Source: Octopus bimaculoides | Taxonomy: Eukaryota | Assembly (NCBI RefSeq): GCF_001194135.2 | Contig: NC_068981.1 | Coordinates: 53,852,210-53,916,209, forward strand | Length of the DNA: 64,000 nt | Direction of reading: 5' to 3' | Part shown: positions 11,584 to 23,944 of the stretch, one piece after another | Numbering within the stretch: the first letter of the stretch is position 1 | Layout: every line of letters starts with the position of its first letter | Translations under genes and position numbers: made by a program | Notes under the pieces: generated by a model | Seen by the model: the letters and a program-made list of their open reading frames with translations, nothing else | Database searches by the model: none | What the model was told of the DNA's origin: nothing

Positions 11584-12127
11584 CAGTGGCTCTCAACCAT
11601 TTTTTTTTATCTATGAACCCCTTTGATTACTGTTTTATTCAGGTGATACCCATCCAACCAGCCATTTGATGTTTAACCCTTTATTTAGCATGCAAATTAT
11701 TCTGTCAAATATATACTTATTTATTCACATTGTTTTGAATTAATCACAACTTATCTTGTAACTTCAAGATTTTGATGATGTGATTGTTCGTTTTTAGAAT
11801 GTCATTGTCAGTAGGTGTAAGAGGCCAGATCTGGCTGGTTTGAGTATAACACAGAAAGAATATTTGGATTGGTTATGGCCAGTTTAAATGCTAAGGAGTT
11901 AGAAACTAGTTTTATAGATACTTCTTTCAAAATTCTTATTTTGTTATTAACTTGTGGAAGCTGAACTGTGTAAAATGTTTGAGAAAGAAAGTTGATTGTT
12001 TCCTGCAATAAATACATGAAAAGCAAACCTTTTCATGGACCTTTAAAATACTACTGTGGATTCTCAATTTACTATTTTGCTAGTGTGGACCCCCAGGGGT
12101 CATACGGACCCTAATTGAGACCCACTG
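11584..12127. mobile_element. hAT-type MITE carrying a nested piggyBac-type MITE
   Basis: TIRs cagtggctctcaa and ttgagacccactg (12/13 match). Degraded 8-bp TSD attaatac/atctgtac. The internal insert at 11677-11900 starts ttaa|ccctt. Confidence 0.55.
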
Positions 12128-12171
12128 ATCTGTACAATTACTATATAAAATCTCCATCTAAGAGTGTTTAA

Positions 12172-12352
12172 CCCTTTAGCATTTAAACTGGCCCTATCTG
12201 ACCCAAATATTCTACCTGTTTTATGTTCAAACCAGCCAGATCTGGCCACTTACATCATCAACATCTGAAAGCTGTGAGATAATGTATGATTTAATTCCAA
12301 ACAATGTGAATACAAGCAATACATTTAACATAGTAATCTAAATGCTAAAGGG
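12172..12352. mobile_element. piggyBac-type MITE with TTAA TSD
   Basis: Perfect TIRs ccctttagcattta...taaatgctaaaggg flanked by TTAA on both sides (12168-12171 and 12353-12356). Inverted homologue at 11677-11900. Confidence 0.8.
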
Positions 12353-12524
12353 TTAAAATCTAAAAGCAGCAAACAAAGAGATAACTCTATAAAATAACTT
12401 AAAATGTAGGAAATTCAGTGTGGTAGTTAAACAAATGGACAAGATTCAGGTTCATTGGCTCTCTTCAATGAAGTATATTCTATTTATTTGGCAAGTGTAA
12501 GACTGATCAATATACATATCTGGT

Positions 12525-12660
12525 TATGAAGTTTGCTTTTCCCAGCCACATGATTTCAGGTTCAACCCCAGTGTGTAGTACCTTGGGAAAATGTTTCCTG
12601 CTGTGCCCTTGGCTGACCAAACCCTTGTGAGTAGATTTGACAGGAACTGAAAGAAGCCTG
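12525..12660 (+). mobile_element. CORE-like SINE (family C)
   Basis: ccttggg(c/a)aagtgtcttctactatagc...ccttgtgagtggattt core, shared with 7420-7540 (-), 35630-35780, 36950-37160 (-) and 38605-38760. Confidence 0.7.
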
Positions 12661-13444
12661 GTGTGTGTTTGTCCTTGTTTTGACATTGCATGATTGTTGT
12701 AAATGAATGTCATTAATTTCCAAAATTCTGAAAAAAACAATTGTGGCCATGGAAAAATATTACCTTTCTTGGAAATTAGTAAGGGTTGGCAACAGGAAGG
12801 GCACCCACCTCCTATAGAAATTTCTCTCAATAAATTCTGTCCACCAAACGCAAGCATCAAAATGTGACATTAAAACAATGACTGATATATATATATATAT
12901 ATATATATATTTTCTATGCTGGCAAGGGTTGGATGATTTGACAGAGGCTGGCAAGCCAGAAGACTATACCAGGTTTCACTGTCTGTTTTGGCTTGGTTTG
13001 TACAGCTGGATGCCCTTCCTAATGCCAACCACTTTATTGAGTGGACCGAGTGCTTTTTACATGGCCCCAGCTCCAGCAAGATCTGCTTTCGCAGAGTTTT
13101 TACGGCTGGATGCCCTTATACTGATTATATCCACATGCACTCACACTCACACACACACACACACACACACAGATGTATATATTTTTGTTATTCATAAACA
13201 ACATCTCTACATGTTCTCTATTTCTGCATAATTCATTCAATCTCACTATTTATGAAGGCAAGGTCGAATGCATGCTTATCAAATATATTTATGGGAGTTA
13301 TTTACAATTTTATTAAGCACATGTTATCTTAGTAATTATTGTCTATGTTCTGCCAGTCAAAGTATCAATAATATGTATCAATGAGTAAAATTAGTACTTG
13401 TTACTTGTAGCATTTTTTATAAGTAGTCCCAAGCCTTTTCCTTT

Positions 13445-13487
<43 letters not shown>

Positions 13488-14019
13488 GAACACAAGGGAA
13501 CAGCTTTGATAGGATAGAATAGCCAGATAGAGCAAGCCTGTTCTTGGAGTAGTCCACAGTTCTGCAGAGAACCTTACAGTTGTGTTATAGGGTCTGTTTG
13601 TGCAGCAAAGCTAAATATGTGTGTGTGTGAGCTTATTTATATTTTATCACTATGCTAAAATATATTATCAATGCGCATACTCTGACTCAGTGACTTTAGC
13701 TATTCTACTATACACACATGCACATTTGTATAGGCACAGGCATACCTTTGTTGTTAAGATGTACATTTTCCCAATGTGATGCTCAGTAGAAGTAGAAGCA
13801 AACCTGGAGCCATATGAAAATTGAAGATCTTAACTATGCAAGTATGAACGTGCCATTTTAAAATACATGTTGAGTCTCTTGTGCTTATGGCCATTATTTT
13901 TGCCTCAGTGATAACAACTACACATTAAGGATTAGAAATAGACTACAGAAAAATCTTTTATCTGATCACCACTTACATTGATAGATTACTCAACTGTTCT
14001 CAGTTGATTTTGTCTCCAT

Positions 14020-14265
14020 TCATCATCATCATCATCATCATCGTTTAACATCCGCTTTCCATGTTAGCATGGGTTGGACGGTTTGACTGAGGACTGGTGA
14101 AACCAGATGGCTACACCAGGCTCCAATCTGATTTGGCAGAGTTTCTACAGCTGGATGCCCTTCCTAACGCCAACCACTCCGAGAGTGTAGTGGGTGCTTT
14201 TACGTGCTACCGGCACGAAGGCCAGTCAGGCGGTACTGGCAACGGCCACACTCAAAATGGTGTAT
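14020..14265 (-). mobile_element. 5'-truncated RTE LINE 3'UTR fragment
   Basis: (CAT)n followed by gtttaacatccgctttccatg...ctggatgcccttcctaacgccaacc. The same family occurs at 12910-13115, 15870-16110, 23225-23605, 25062-25250, 29400-29560 and 32722-32830. Confidence 0.85.
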
Positions 14266-14966
14266 TAATCAAAATCAAAATTGATCTGCAACACACTGTT
14301 TATTTTATTTTTCTAATGAAGCAAATGTATATTTTTGGAGGAAATTACCAATTATATTTTTCTTATTGCCTTCATGCAGTTCTTTCTAACAAGAATTATA
14401 AAAAAAAAAGATTATAAGATTATTTAAACATATGACTAGATGATGATAATAATAATAATAATAATACATAGAATCCTTCAGCATTTTTGATATCTGTAGG
14501 CTTGACTTAAAAATCCCCACATGAATGTAGATTTCCTGATGGATATGTGCAAAAGTTTTAGCATGATTTGTTAAAATATCATCCAGTCGGTAAGTTTTCT
14601 TTGATTTACTTCTCTTAATAGAAGTCCCACTGGCATGTTTTATAGCCGTCTGCCAGACTTTTCCTGATCTTGTGTTTGCCAAGGAAGATTTACAAATAAA
14701 CTGATTCTTATTAAAAAAAAAAAGAATGGAAAGAAGAGAAACTTGCACTGTCAGTTGCTGATACAGTTTTAATCCCAGCATCTGGAAACTGACTAAATTT
14801 GGATTGCTACTTTATCATAATATTCTCTCCAATTGATCAGTAGAGAATGACAGTGAATATTGAGAAAGCAATTTGGTAGACCTATTTCAATATGTGCTTA
14901 CTAACTAATAGTAAAAAGATGGCATACATTATCTATCTGTCTGTCTATCTATCTATCTATCTATCC

Positions 14967-15013
<47 letters not shown>

Positions 15014-17339
15014 ACACACACATACACACAACTATATATGTTGCTCAATGCTTGAAATGGGGAGTAGATAGACAACCGACAACTGATGAAGGGTCGTTTT
15101 TTATGTTACTTGTCCTGTTTTCCATTTGTTTCTCTCCTTGTTTGCATATTAAACTCATTTGCTTTCGTACTTCATGTTGTTTATTGTTGGTGACGTCCTG
15201 TACCCATTATATGCATTTGTATATTTATATACATATATATCGAACATTAGGCCTCACCGAGGCAATGACTAGTGACCGAGACTTGTGGAAATATGCTTTG
15301 CGTGAGAAGACCAAGCAAGACAAGAGAGACTATAACCAAGTGGCCTAGCATTGGTTTTAAATTGAATTAATATTCAATTTATCACCCTATCTATATAAAT
15401 AATAATTTAAATAGTTATGTTCTCCAGCCGGCAACATATACTGCAGTGAATTATTCTCTGCAGAATTGTTTCCGGAATTTTGCGCACCAGTGCTGAGGCA
15501 TTTTGAAAAATAGCCCCAATGTAATCGGTAGAACTATATGCAAGTCTTATTTTATGAAGACAATTCGTGTATAGTTCTGCAAATTATATTGATTCTAGAA
15601 CGTCTATACTGATGAGAACACGGATGTTGTTACGTAAGTAAAACGTTAATGTTCGAAACTGCAGTACATAGATAATTCTTTATTCTGTATATTTCTCATT
15701 TTGTCCAGTTCTGGTGTTTTGCAAAATTTTTCTGGATAACATTATTTTTCTTTGTGGTTGGGTCGTTGATGACCTCTTTCTAGCATATTGGATGTCCACC
15801 TAGTGGTCATCCCTTATACACGTGTAATACAATTTTTTCAACAATTTCATTGTTGTTGCGTGTTTATCACCATCATCGTTTGATGTCTGCTATCCAAGCT
15901 GGCATGGGCTGGACAGTTTGACAGGAGCTAGCCAGGCAGGAGCTTACACCACACTTCTGTGTCTGTTTTGGCAGAGTTTTTGCAGCTGGATGCCCTTCTT
16001 AACACCAACCACCCAGCAGAGTGAACTGAGTGCTTTTTACGTGGCACAAGTGCTGACAAGGTCAGTTTTAGCAAGATTTTTACAGTTGGATGCCCTTCCA
16101 AATGCCAACCTATATATATATATATATATATATATTGCTGATATTCCACAGGCAGCCTTTGACTTTTTCAATCCAAAGAGGTTTTTAACCCAATATTTAC
16201 ACAATAGTATAGAGCTTTTCTGCTTCAAGATCCAACATTTCAAAAAAGATATATATGCTACCATTTTGTGGTACCAGTTTTAATGACAAAACTTTGAAAT
16301 AAATAGTCACTATCAATATAAAATATTATTTGAACTAACTGCATTTAAATCCTTTATTCGGTGCATGTTTAGTATATCAATTACACAAAACTATTAAGCA
16401 AACACACACACACACACATATATAAAAGTCTGATGCTCTACTGACTAAGCTATGCAGATCTGATACACATGCATACACACACACAGTGGCAGTCAACTCA
16501 TTTATGTATACAACCACTTCTTAGAGATGGATTGCACTTCTTAAAGAACAGCAGTAATGAAGGAATGCAGGCAGACATACAGACAGACAGACAGATATAT
16601 ACATAACTAACTAATTACATTAGTTACTTGTTGTCCTCACCCATAGTCACACTTCATTCTGCTCTTCTTTTTTCAAATTCTTAGCCTATGTTTTTAATTC
16701 CTAGTTACCATTTTTACTTCCTCACAGTTCAATGTGTCTCTGAGATTTCCATTACACACCAAATGAATCATACAACTATCTTTATTTGTTGTCAGATGCT
16801 TGTATCCATTTTACAGTGCACTATAATATTTCCAACACATGCGAAACCTTTTTCCTGTTTCTACATGTATGCAAGGATAATATATGTGCATATGTGAATA
16901 TATGGGTGTGTAGTTATGTGTGTATATAATCACCCTCATATTAGTTATATATGTGTTTACATATACATTCATACACACAAGCCTTCTATCCCAAGATTAA
17001 TTGTTGCTTTTTCTTTTTCACTCCGTAAATATTATTATTAATAACAATTAATAGTTCTACTTAGGAATTACTTTTGTACAAACAAATCTAGCTTGCCTAA
17101 TGGTTTGTTTATAATCTCTAGATTTTTGGTGGTATATAAGGATTTTGTAAATTCTCTTGATCTTTTCATTTATATTTTCTCTCGTTATTTTCATTACTTA
17201 GAATTAGTTAAAGAAACATAACTTCAATGATAACCATACATTGTGGACATTCATTTGAACAAATTGTATATATTGTACAAATCAGTGATAAGAAAATGAA
17301 ACGAAAGAGGTTTTTCACAGTGTTCAGAGCATTAAGTTT

Positions 17340-18520
17340 CTATAAAGCTGCTTCTACAGTATAGATGGCGTCTGTAAGTTTTGAAAAATATGGAGAGTTC
17401 TTCTGGGGGCAGAAGATGAAGAACATCTTCTGAAATGGCTGTGAAGTCCAATCCTTGGTTGCAGATCTGGCATATAAAGGCCAGTGCATCTTTTGTGGAT
17501 TTTCTATGGAATGATGTATCTTTCTCATGATAGTGTTGTTAATTCAGGTTTTATGAATGTTTTTCTTTGCCTTTTAATCTCTGTAATATTTACTGCTTCC
17601 GTAGAGTTTGGTTACCTGCAGTTGCTTCCCAGGTTATAGAGTTGTGTTTATCACATTTTTGTTATGCTTGTACACATCTTTATTTTGCAGATGTGAGCAA
17701 CTTTTGTCTCTTAATTCAGAAGCCAGTTCACCAAATAGGTCTTTAGGAAATCAACCATTGACTATACAATGGACATGTTTAAGTCATCAAAGTTGGCAGA
17801 GGAAGCAAAAATGAAGCAATTCCTTCCCTGGTAGTATGTTGGCACTGCAGATCTTGTCCTATTATTTGATCCAAAAAATTCTGCACAGGCACTTCTTATG
17901 AGGCATGTAAAGCTTGTGTTTTTGTGAAGAGTTTGTCTATGACTACTGCCATACACGTGTGCTAAAGTCAGGGGTTTGAGAACATCTCAACCTTGGTAAA
18001 TATTCTAAGCGGTTTATTCTCTCATAGTTTCTTAGTACATCTTGGGAGAATAGTAGCTATTGTACCAGTGTTCTTCTTCAGTTTTGCACCTATAACGGGG
18101 TTATCAGTAGTAGTGAAACTATGATATTGAAACTCATGTGTCATATTCAGTTCATCTTATTTGGTTTTTAATCAAAGAAGAGATGAAATTCTTCATTCCA
18201 TGATTTAGGTCTTCTTGATACTGATTATGTGATCAAATAGGTTTCAAGTTCCTGTTAAGAGTCCCTCTGGGGGAGGAAGATGATGAAGTTGCCTTCTCAG
18301 AGTTTGAGGAGATAACTACATCATCAGAAAACAGCATGTTCTTTATCTTAGGTTTGACTTTTAGCCTGTGTGTAATGTAGAGCTGACCATCAGACCTTGA
18401 GCGAAGGCAAATACTATCAATTAAAGACTTGAATGAGTATTTCAGAAACAACACAAAAAAGATTAAAATTGTCAGGGCAAGGAACACATCCTTGCTTGAT
18501 TGTTCTCCCATCCAAATTCT
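17340..18520 (-). mobile_element. Decayed RTE (BovB-like) LINE, reverse transcriptase C-terminal half
   Basis: ORF 18233-18511 has DVFLALTILIFF...RSRSDGQLY...RLKVKPK...MLFSDDVV (RTE LAPTLF/RSDG/FADD pattern). MYGSS...HTCL...FFG follows, then a C-terminal FICP...RIGLHSHFRRC knuckle. Confidence 0.85.
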
Positions 18521-18869
18521 CTAAACATAGATTCATCTCCAGCTACAGAATTAGTTTCCAATAAATAATGCAAACTATCTGTTCTATGTATATCTAACAG
18601 TATCAACTATCATAGTTATTTCAAGTTAGTTATTATTGAATTAGATTCATGAAGAAGGAAAGCAATCATGAAGCAGTGGCATTATAACACATAACTAGAA
18701 GTCAGTTAGTGAGTACATGGGTATTTTCACATAATGGTGGGCCTACACCTCTAAGAGCAGACCACCACTTGAGTTCTTGATAAGTTTTAACCTTGAGCCA
18801 CAAGAGCCCAGGAAGTATTACCTAAATCTTGTTTCTAGAGAGGTTATGTACTGTTAAAGGAAGACTCAC

Positions 18870-18911
18870 ATGCTCAGTTGTCCCTTTCATATAACTCCCA
18901 GCAGTGAAAAT
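18870..18911 (-). CDS. Exon of the NTase-fold gene carrying the hG[S] loop (IFTAGSYMKGTTEH)
   Basis: ttactttccaactttcAG|42 nt|GTGAGT with only one open frame (0-0). Resembles Pol-beta NTase loops: PAP KIFTFGSYRLG, NF45 [20 protein letters not shown] (all recalled from memory). Confidence 0.7.
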
Positions 18912-19117
18912 CTGAAAGTTGGAAAGTAACAAGCTCACAGTTCATGTACAAGATACATCACATTTATCTCACACTTTATTAACAACAACCATTTTTGAAA
19001 CAGTATATTTGTAACATATTTATATCAACCTGCTAAGACCATAAGAAATTGAAGACAAGTTAGATTTTTGAAGATATTTATCTGTATCAAAGGAGCTGAT
19101 TTCTTTTTTCAACTTAC

Positions 19118-19289
19118 TCTTGCTCTCCCTCTCTCTTCTTTCTTTATTTCAGTAGTCAGAGAAGGATGGATATCACTCCTGACTTTTTCCAAGGCCATTG
19201 AGACTAATGGCAACAAGTTATGCTCAAACAGGAGACCTGGCTTCAATGTTTGCAACAAAGCGCTCTCCTCTAAAGGCATTTTCCAATAG
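19118..19289 (-). CDS. Exon of the NTase-fold gene (YWKMPLEESALLQTLKPGLLFEHNLLPLVSMALEKVRSDIHPSLTTEIKKEERGRAR)
   Basis: CTAAT branch-like site, acceptor aatttaacatcttAG, 57 open codons in a single frame, and donor AGA|GTAAGT in phase 0 with a 206-nt intron to the next exon. The LxPxxxF/E..L.LV helix resembles the OAS/NF45 N-terminus. Confidence 0.7.
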
Positions 19290-19628
19290 CTAAGATGTTA
19301 AATTGGACACTGGATTAGATAATCTGCCGAGGAAATATCTATGTATATATGTGTGTGTGTGTGTGTGTGTCACACACTCACACAATCTAATGAGGGTTCC
19401 TTTTGTGAGTCACTTGACTCACTTGCAGCCAAAGTCTCTTCTCAAACCACATTTTACCATCTTAAACAATGCTCACATTGACCAAATATGCTGGCAAAAA
19501 GAGATAGTCTGGTCGCATCTGAAATGCTATAACCATCCTGTCTTTTCTCCAGAATACATAATCCAGATGATCATAGATTTTGCTCAAGACTAACCTAAAC
19601 AACACATACAATATGCTCATGCACACTT

Positions 19629-19664
<36 letters not shown>

Positions 19665-20821
19665 CCTTGGTCATTCCTTAAAATATGCAGATCAAAGATT
19701 TCTTCAAGTCAAATATTTTTCTTTTACACTTCAAAGACTGAGTTACTCTGTGACTGAGAAGAGTTAGCAGAAATGTAATTGAAATATTAGCACCTTACCA
19801 TTCATTAAAGCTATTTATTTAAGCAAGATTATTATTGTTTGTTGGGTGGAGAAATTAATAATATCATAGAAAGATGTTCTTTCTTCTTAAAGAAGTTTTA
19901 TCAGATCATCATTTATTTGTTTCATGTGTCTAACGGAAAATTTAATTGTAAGAGACAGATATTGTGTGTCACTCTCAGAAGTTTTGTGATTAAGTGATTA
20001 AAATAATTATTGCTGAAATAATAATATCATTTTTTTTAACAAAAGTTTTATTACAAGTACTGCTATTTATTCCAGTCTAGCTTGTTAAAATAATGATCAC
20101 ACTTTTGCTCTTAAAGTTAAAGAAGTTGATTTTAACAGAGGATCTCCAAACAAATAAGTAAAATAGAAATTTTGATCTTTTATATGAAAGCAACAGTTTT
20201 TATAAGTATTGTTGTTGTTGTTTAACAGCACATTGACTTTGATTGGACAACACTATGATCAAAAGCATTCTAGCTATGCCTTTTTTGTTATTTTTTATTT
20301 TTGCTTGTTGGGTTTTTTTTTCAGCACTGTTCCAATTCTGCATTATGCAATCTTTCTTTAAGATGGTGTGGTATGATTTTTAAAAAATTTGACTACCATT
20401 TCTAGCAAATCAAAGTGACCACATAGAAGCTCCTTCCCAAGGATCTTTCATTTTTTAATTGGCCACTGTCCAATGACTGTGGTTATGTTGGGGCACCACC
20501 TTGAAGGATTTTTAGTTGAACAAATCAACCCCAGTATTTAATTTTTTAAGTTTGTTACTTTTGTACTTATTCTATGTCCACATATAGCAAAACATTTGCT
20601 ATGTTTTTGGATCCCTACCCCAAGATCACAGATAGAACCTGCTTTTTATATTATGTACAAGCCTTTCATATGTCTTAACATCTCTTATATATTTATATAT
20701 ATTTTATTACTTTATATATTTTTTCTGTATATTATTTTTCACTCATTATAATTGTGTAACTTATACACATGTAGTCTATACCTAATGTATATGTGTGTGC
20801 AAATATACATGTGTACGAATG

Positions 20822-21283
20822 NNNNNNNNNNNNNNNNNNNNNNNNNNNNNNNNNNNNNNNNNNNNNNNNNNNNNNNNNNNNNNNNNNNNNNNNNNNNNNN
20901 NNNNNNNNNNNNNNNNNNNNNNNNNNNNNNNNNNNNNNNNNNNNNNNNNNNNNNNNNNNNNNNNNNNNNNNNNNNNNNNNNNNNNNNNNNNNNNNNNNNN
21001 NNNNNNNNNNNNNNNNNNNNNNNNNNNNNNNNNNNNNNNNNNNNNNNNNNNNNNNNNNNNNNNNNNNNNNNNNNNNNNNNNNNNNNNNNNNNNNNNNNNN
21101 NNNNNNNNNNNNNNNNNNNNNNNNNNNNNNNNNNNNNNNNNNNNNNNNNNNNNNNNNNNNNNNNNNNNNNNNNNNNNNNNNNNNNNNNNNNNNNNNNNNN
21201 NNNNNNNNNNNNNNNNNNNNNNNNNNNNNNNNNNNNNNNNNNNNNNNNNNNNNNNNNNNNNNNNNNNNNNNNNNNNNNNNNNN
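20822..21283. other. Assembly gap (N run); other gaps at 39086-39500, 45000-45408, 48418-48848, 52035-52603, 58665-58969, 59534-59923 and 62257-62341
   Basis: Runs of N, mostly flanked by dinucleotide microsatellites. Confidence 0.99.
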
Positions 21284-23944
21284 NTGTAGACATATATATA
21301 TATATGTATATGTGTTTATATGTATGTGTACACGTGTGTGTGAGTATGTATATAAATATATACATACATGTGTGTGCGTACATGTATGTGTGTGTATATG
21401 TGTGCATATGTGGATTCTATGAATGAAGTATTACGTTCACCATGCCTATTGGAGTAATTTCCCTTTATTCAACAGTTTTTTTTTTCATAGCGTTTTGTAT
21501 TAATAACTGATGAGATGCCGGAACAGACTTCAGCCCCGGTATCCGAAACTCTGAGTTTTATTATGATAACCAACTGATTGTCACATATTATATTCATATA
21601 TATATATATATATATATATTTGTGAAAATATAAAAACTCATGTTGTTAAGCAAGTATATTTTTAAAACTTCTGTTTGATCTAAAGGAAGTGAGGCACTTT
21701 TCTACATTCTTTTATCTTTTCTATCTTTCTTTTATATTTTCTGACAGCCTCTCACAGATGACAGATCTATTGGCTCCTGTTGCTTTTCAGGTCAATTTGT
21801 TAACAGGGTGACATTTAGGTATGAACCAACCAGTTTGGGCATTTGAAAGAGTTGTAGTAGCTAGCGTCCTACTTACAAATTAATATCTATAGAATAAACA
21901 CCTGTATCAACACACACATATTTACACCTGGCTGTGAATTGTCTTTAAGTCCATCACATTCTTCAATGTCTCTACAATGCGCTCAACCAGAAAACTAGAT
22001 TTCATTTCCAATCTTTTTATCTTTTTTTTGTGTGATTAAAATAAATCGTGCGTCTGCATGCATACCTATATGCGAATCGAGAGAGAGAGATGGGGTGGGA
22101 GTGAAGAGAGGAAGGTGAGAAAATGAAGGAGATTGTGTAACTGTAGATATGTGAAAGATCAGTTGGCACTAGTGGCTTTTCTCTATTGTAATATAAAATA
22201 TCTGCGCCATTATTCACAGTTATTTAGCTATTACCTAATAGTGCATAATGGGCTGTTAGCCTTATGAAATGTTGGCCAGGTGTTTCTTCTGTTTCATAGA
22301 GCTTGCACATACATGCATGACTGTGTATATTTTCACATTTACATACTTCCTTGTACACTTACTCATGCACACAACTATATACTTACACATTTACATATAT
22401 CTATATACATACACACATACACAATGATACATGTTCTCACAATGTATGTACACACACACACACAACCATGTATGCTCCACATTTATGTACGTTTATATAA
22501 GCATATACACATAGAATAACATACTTCTACATTTACATACATCCATTTACATAGATGACCAACCATATAGATTTTCACAGTCACATTATAACATACACAT
22601 AATCGCATACACTTGCACATGTACACTTATCACACATGCATACATATTGATTCTTTCAATAATTTGTTTCTTTCAATTTCTATTTCCTCTTTATTCATTT
22701 AATTTCCCTCTTTTTTTTTCTTTATAATTTTTCTCTATTCCCTCCTCTTCTGCTCTCTTCAGTCTTCTTGTAACTTATTTTCTCTCTTTAATACATATTA
22801 CACAATCTCTCTTTGCCTGTCTGTTGTCATTGTTGCACTATGCCACTTTATCACATACACATACACACAAAGTTATCTCTGCTCATTCTACATCTCATTT
22901 ATACTTGCCTTTTTTATTTTTACTGATACAGATCTATTGACCAGTTCTGAATGTTAAAACCCTGCAAACTCTACAGTTGATTCTTTTGAAAGTTGAGCTT
23001 TTACTAGTATTTTGACTGCTGTTACTGTTTGAAAAAACATACATTATTAGCTGAATATTTTACATAAGAGAATGAGTCTATTATCTCTAAATCTAAAACC
23101 TTGACCTTGATAAGAAGTTTATTTTCACTTCATTAATAAGACAAGCTATCATATTTTTTATTTTAATTTGTAAATAATGTTACATATAAAACCATGTGTG
23201 TGTGTATGGTATAATTTCTGGTTTTCATCATCATCATCGTTTAATGTCCGCCTTCCATGGGTTGGACGATTTGACTGAGGACTGGCGAACCAGAAGGCTG
23301 CACCAGGCTCCAATCTGATCTGGCAAAGTTTCTACAGCTGGATGCCCTTCTTAACGCCAACCATTCTGAGAGTATAGTGGGTGCTTTTACGTGCCACCAG
23401 CACGAGGGCCAGTCAGGCAGTACTGGCAACAGCCACGCTCAAAATGGTGTTTTTTACGTGTCACCAGCACTAGTGCCAGTAAGGCGACGCTGGTAACAAT
23501 CACACTCAAACGGTGCTGCCACTGGCACGGAAGCCAGACAGCTGCTCTGGCAATGATCATGCTCGGACGGTGCTCTTAGCGCTCCACTGGCACAGGTGCC
23601 AGTCATCGAATTTGGTTCAATCACAATTTTGATTTCACTTTTATTTTTCAAATTTAAAAAAAAGAGCTGATGTCTAACCCAGAGACAAGAGTCTTTAATT
23701 GGAATTTATATAACATTAATTAGATGGTCATATATGTGTGTTTATGTAAATATCTGTATGTATATAAAATAAACAGCAGGATCAGAGAAAACTAGTGATG
23801 GCCTACTTTGGCAATGTGAATTGCCGAACAGACTTCTCATCCTTATGGAAAACCAATTTGTTCTACTTTTAAACTATGTAATATATACACACACATATAC
23901 ATCATCATCACCATCATCATTATCCTTTAATATCCAAAGGCATT

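Noticed and set aside
14386-14781. 131-aa minus-strand ORF / exon candidate (FICKSSLANTRSGKVWQTAIKHASGTSIKR), with a fleeting resemblance of ASGTSIK to an RA domain
   Set aside because: Its donor phase creates a stop with the downstream microexon, and inserting it would split the GSYxKGT...NVxD motif. The plus-strand donor at 14590 has no convincing open exon either.
18890-19140. GRARIFTAGS resembles picorna-like RdRp motif F (GKTRIFTAAP), raising the idea of an endogenous viral element
   Set aside because: The motif spans a canonical spliced intron, no other RdRp motifs are present, and the longer co-linear match is to Pol-beta NTases.
19801-19812. 12-nt minus-strand microexon-like unit (aaatAG|CTTTAATGAATG|GTAAGG)
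   Set aside because: Ending in phase 2, as needed to join exon 19289, its frame (C TTT AAT GAA TG) is open, but the acceptor is weak and nothing else supports it; left out of the model.
20739-21426. Long ORFs in the track here and at 39004-39582, 44653-45521, 48252-48883, 51951-52799, 58458-59249 and 59445-60007
   Set aside because: Artefacts of N gaps and dinucleotide or trinucleotide microsatellites.
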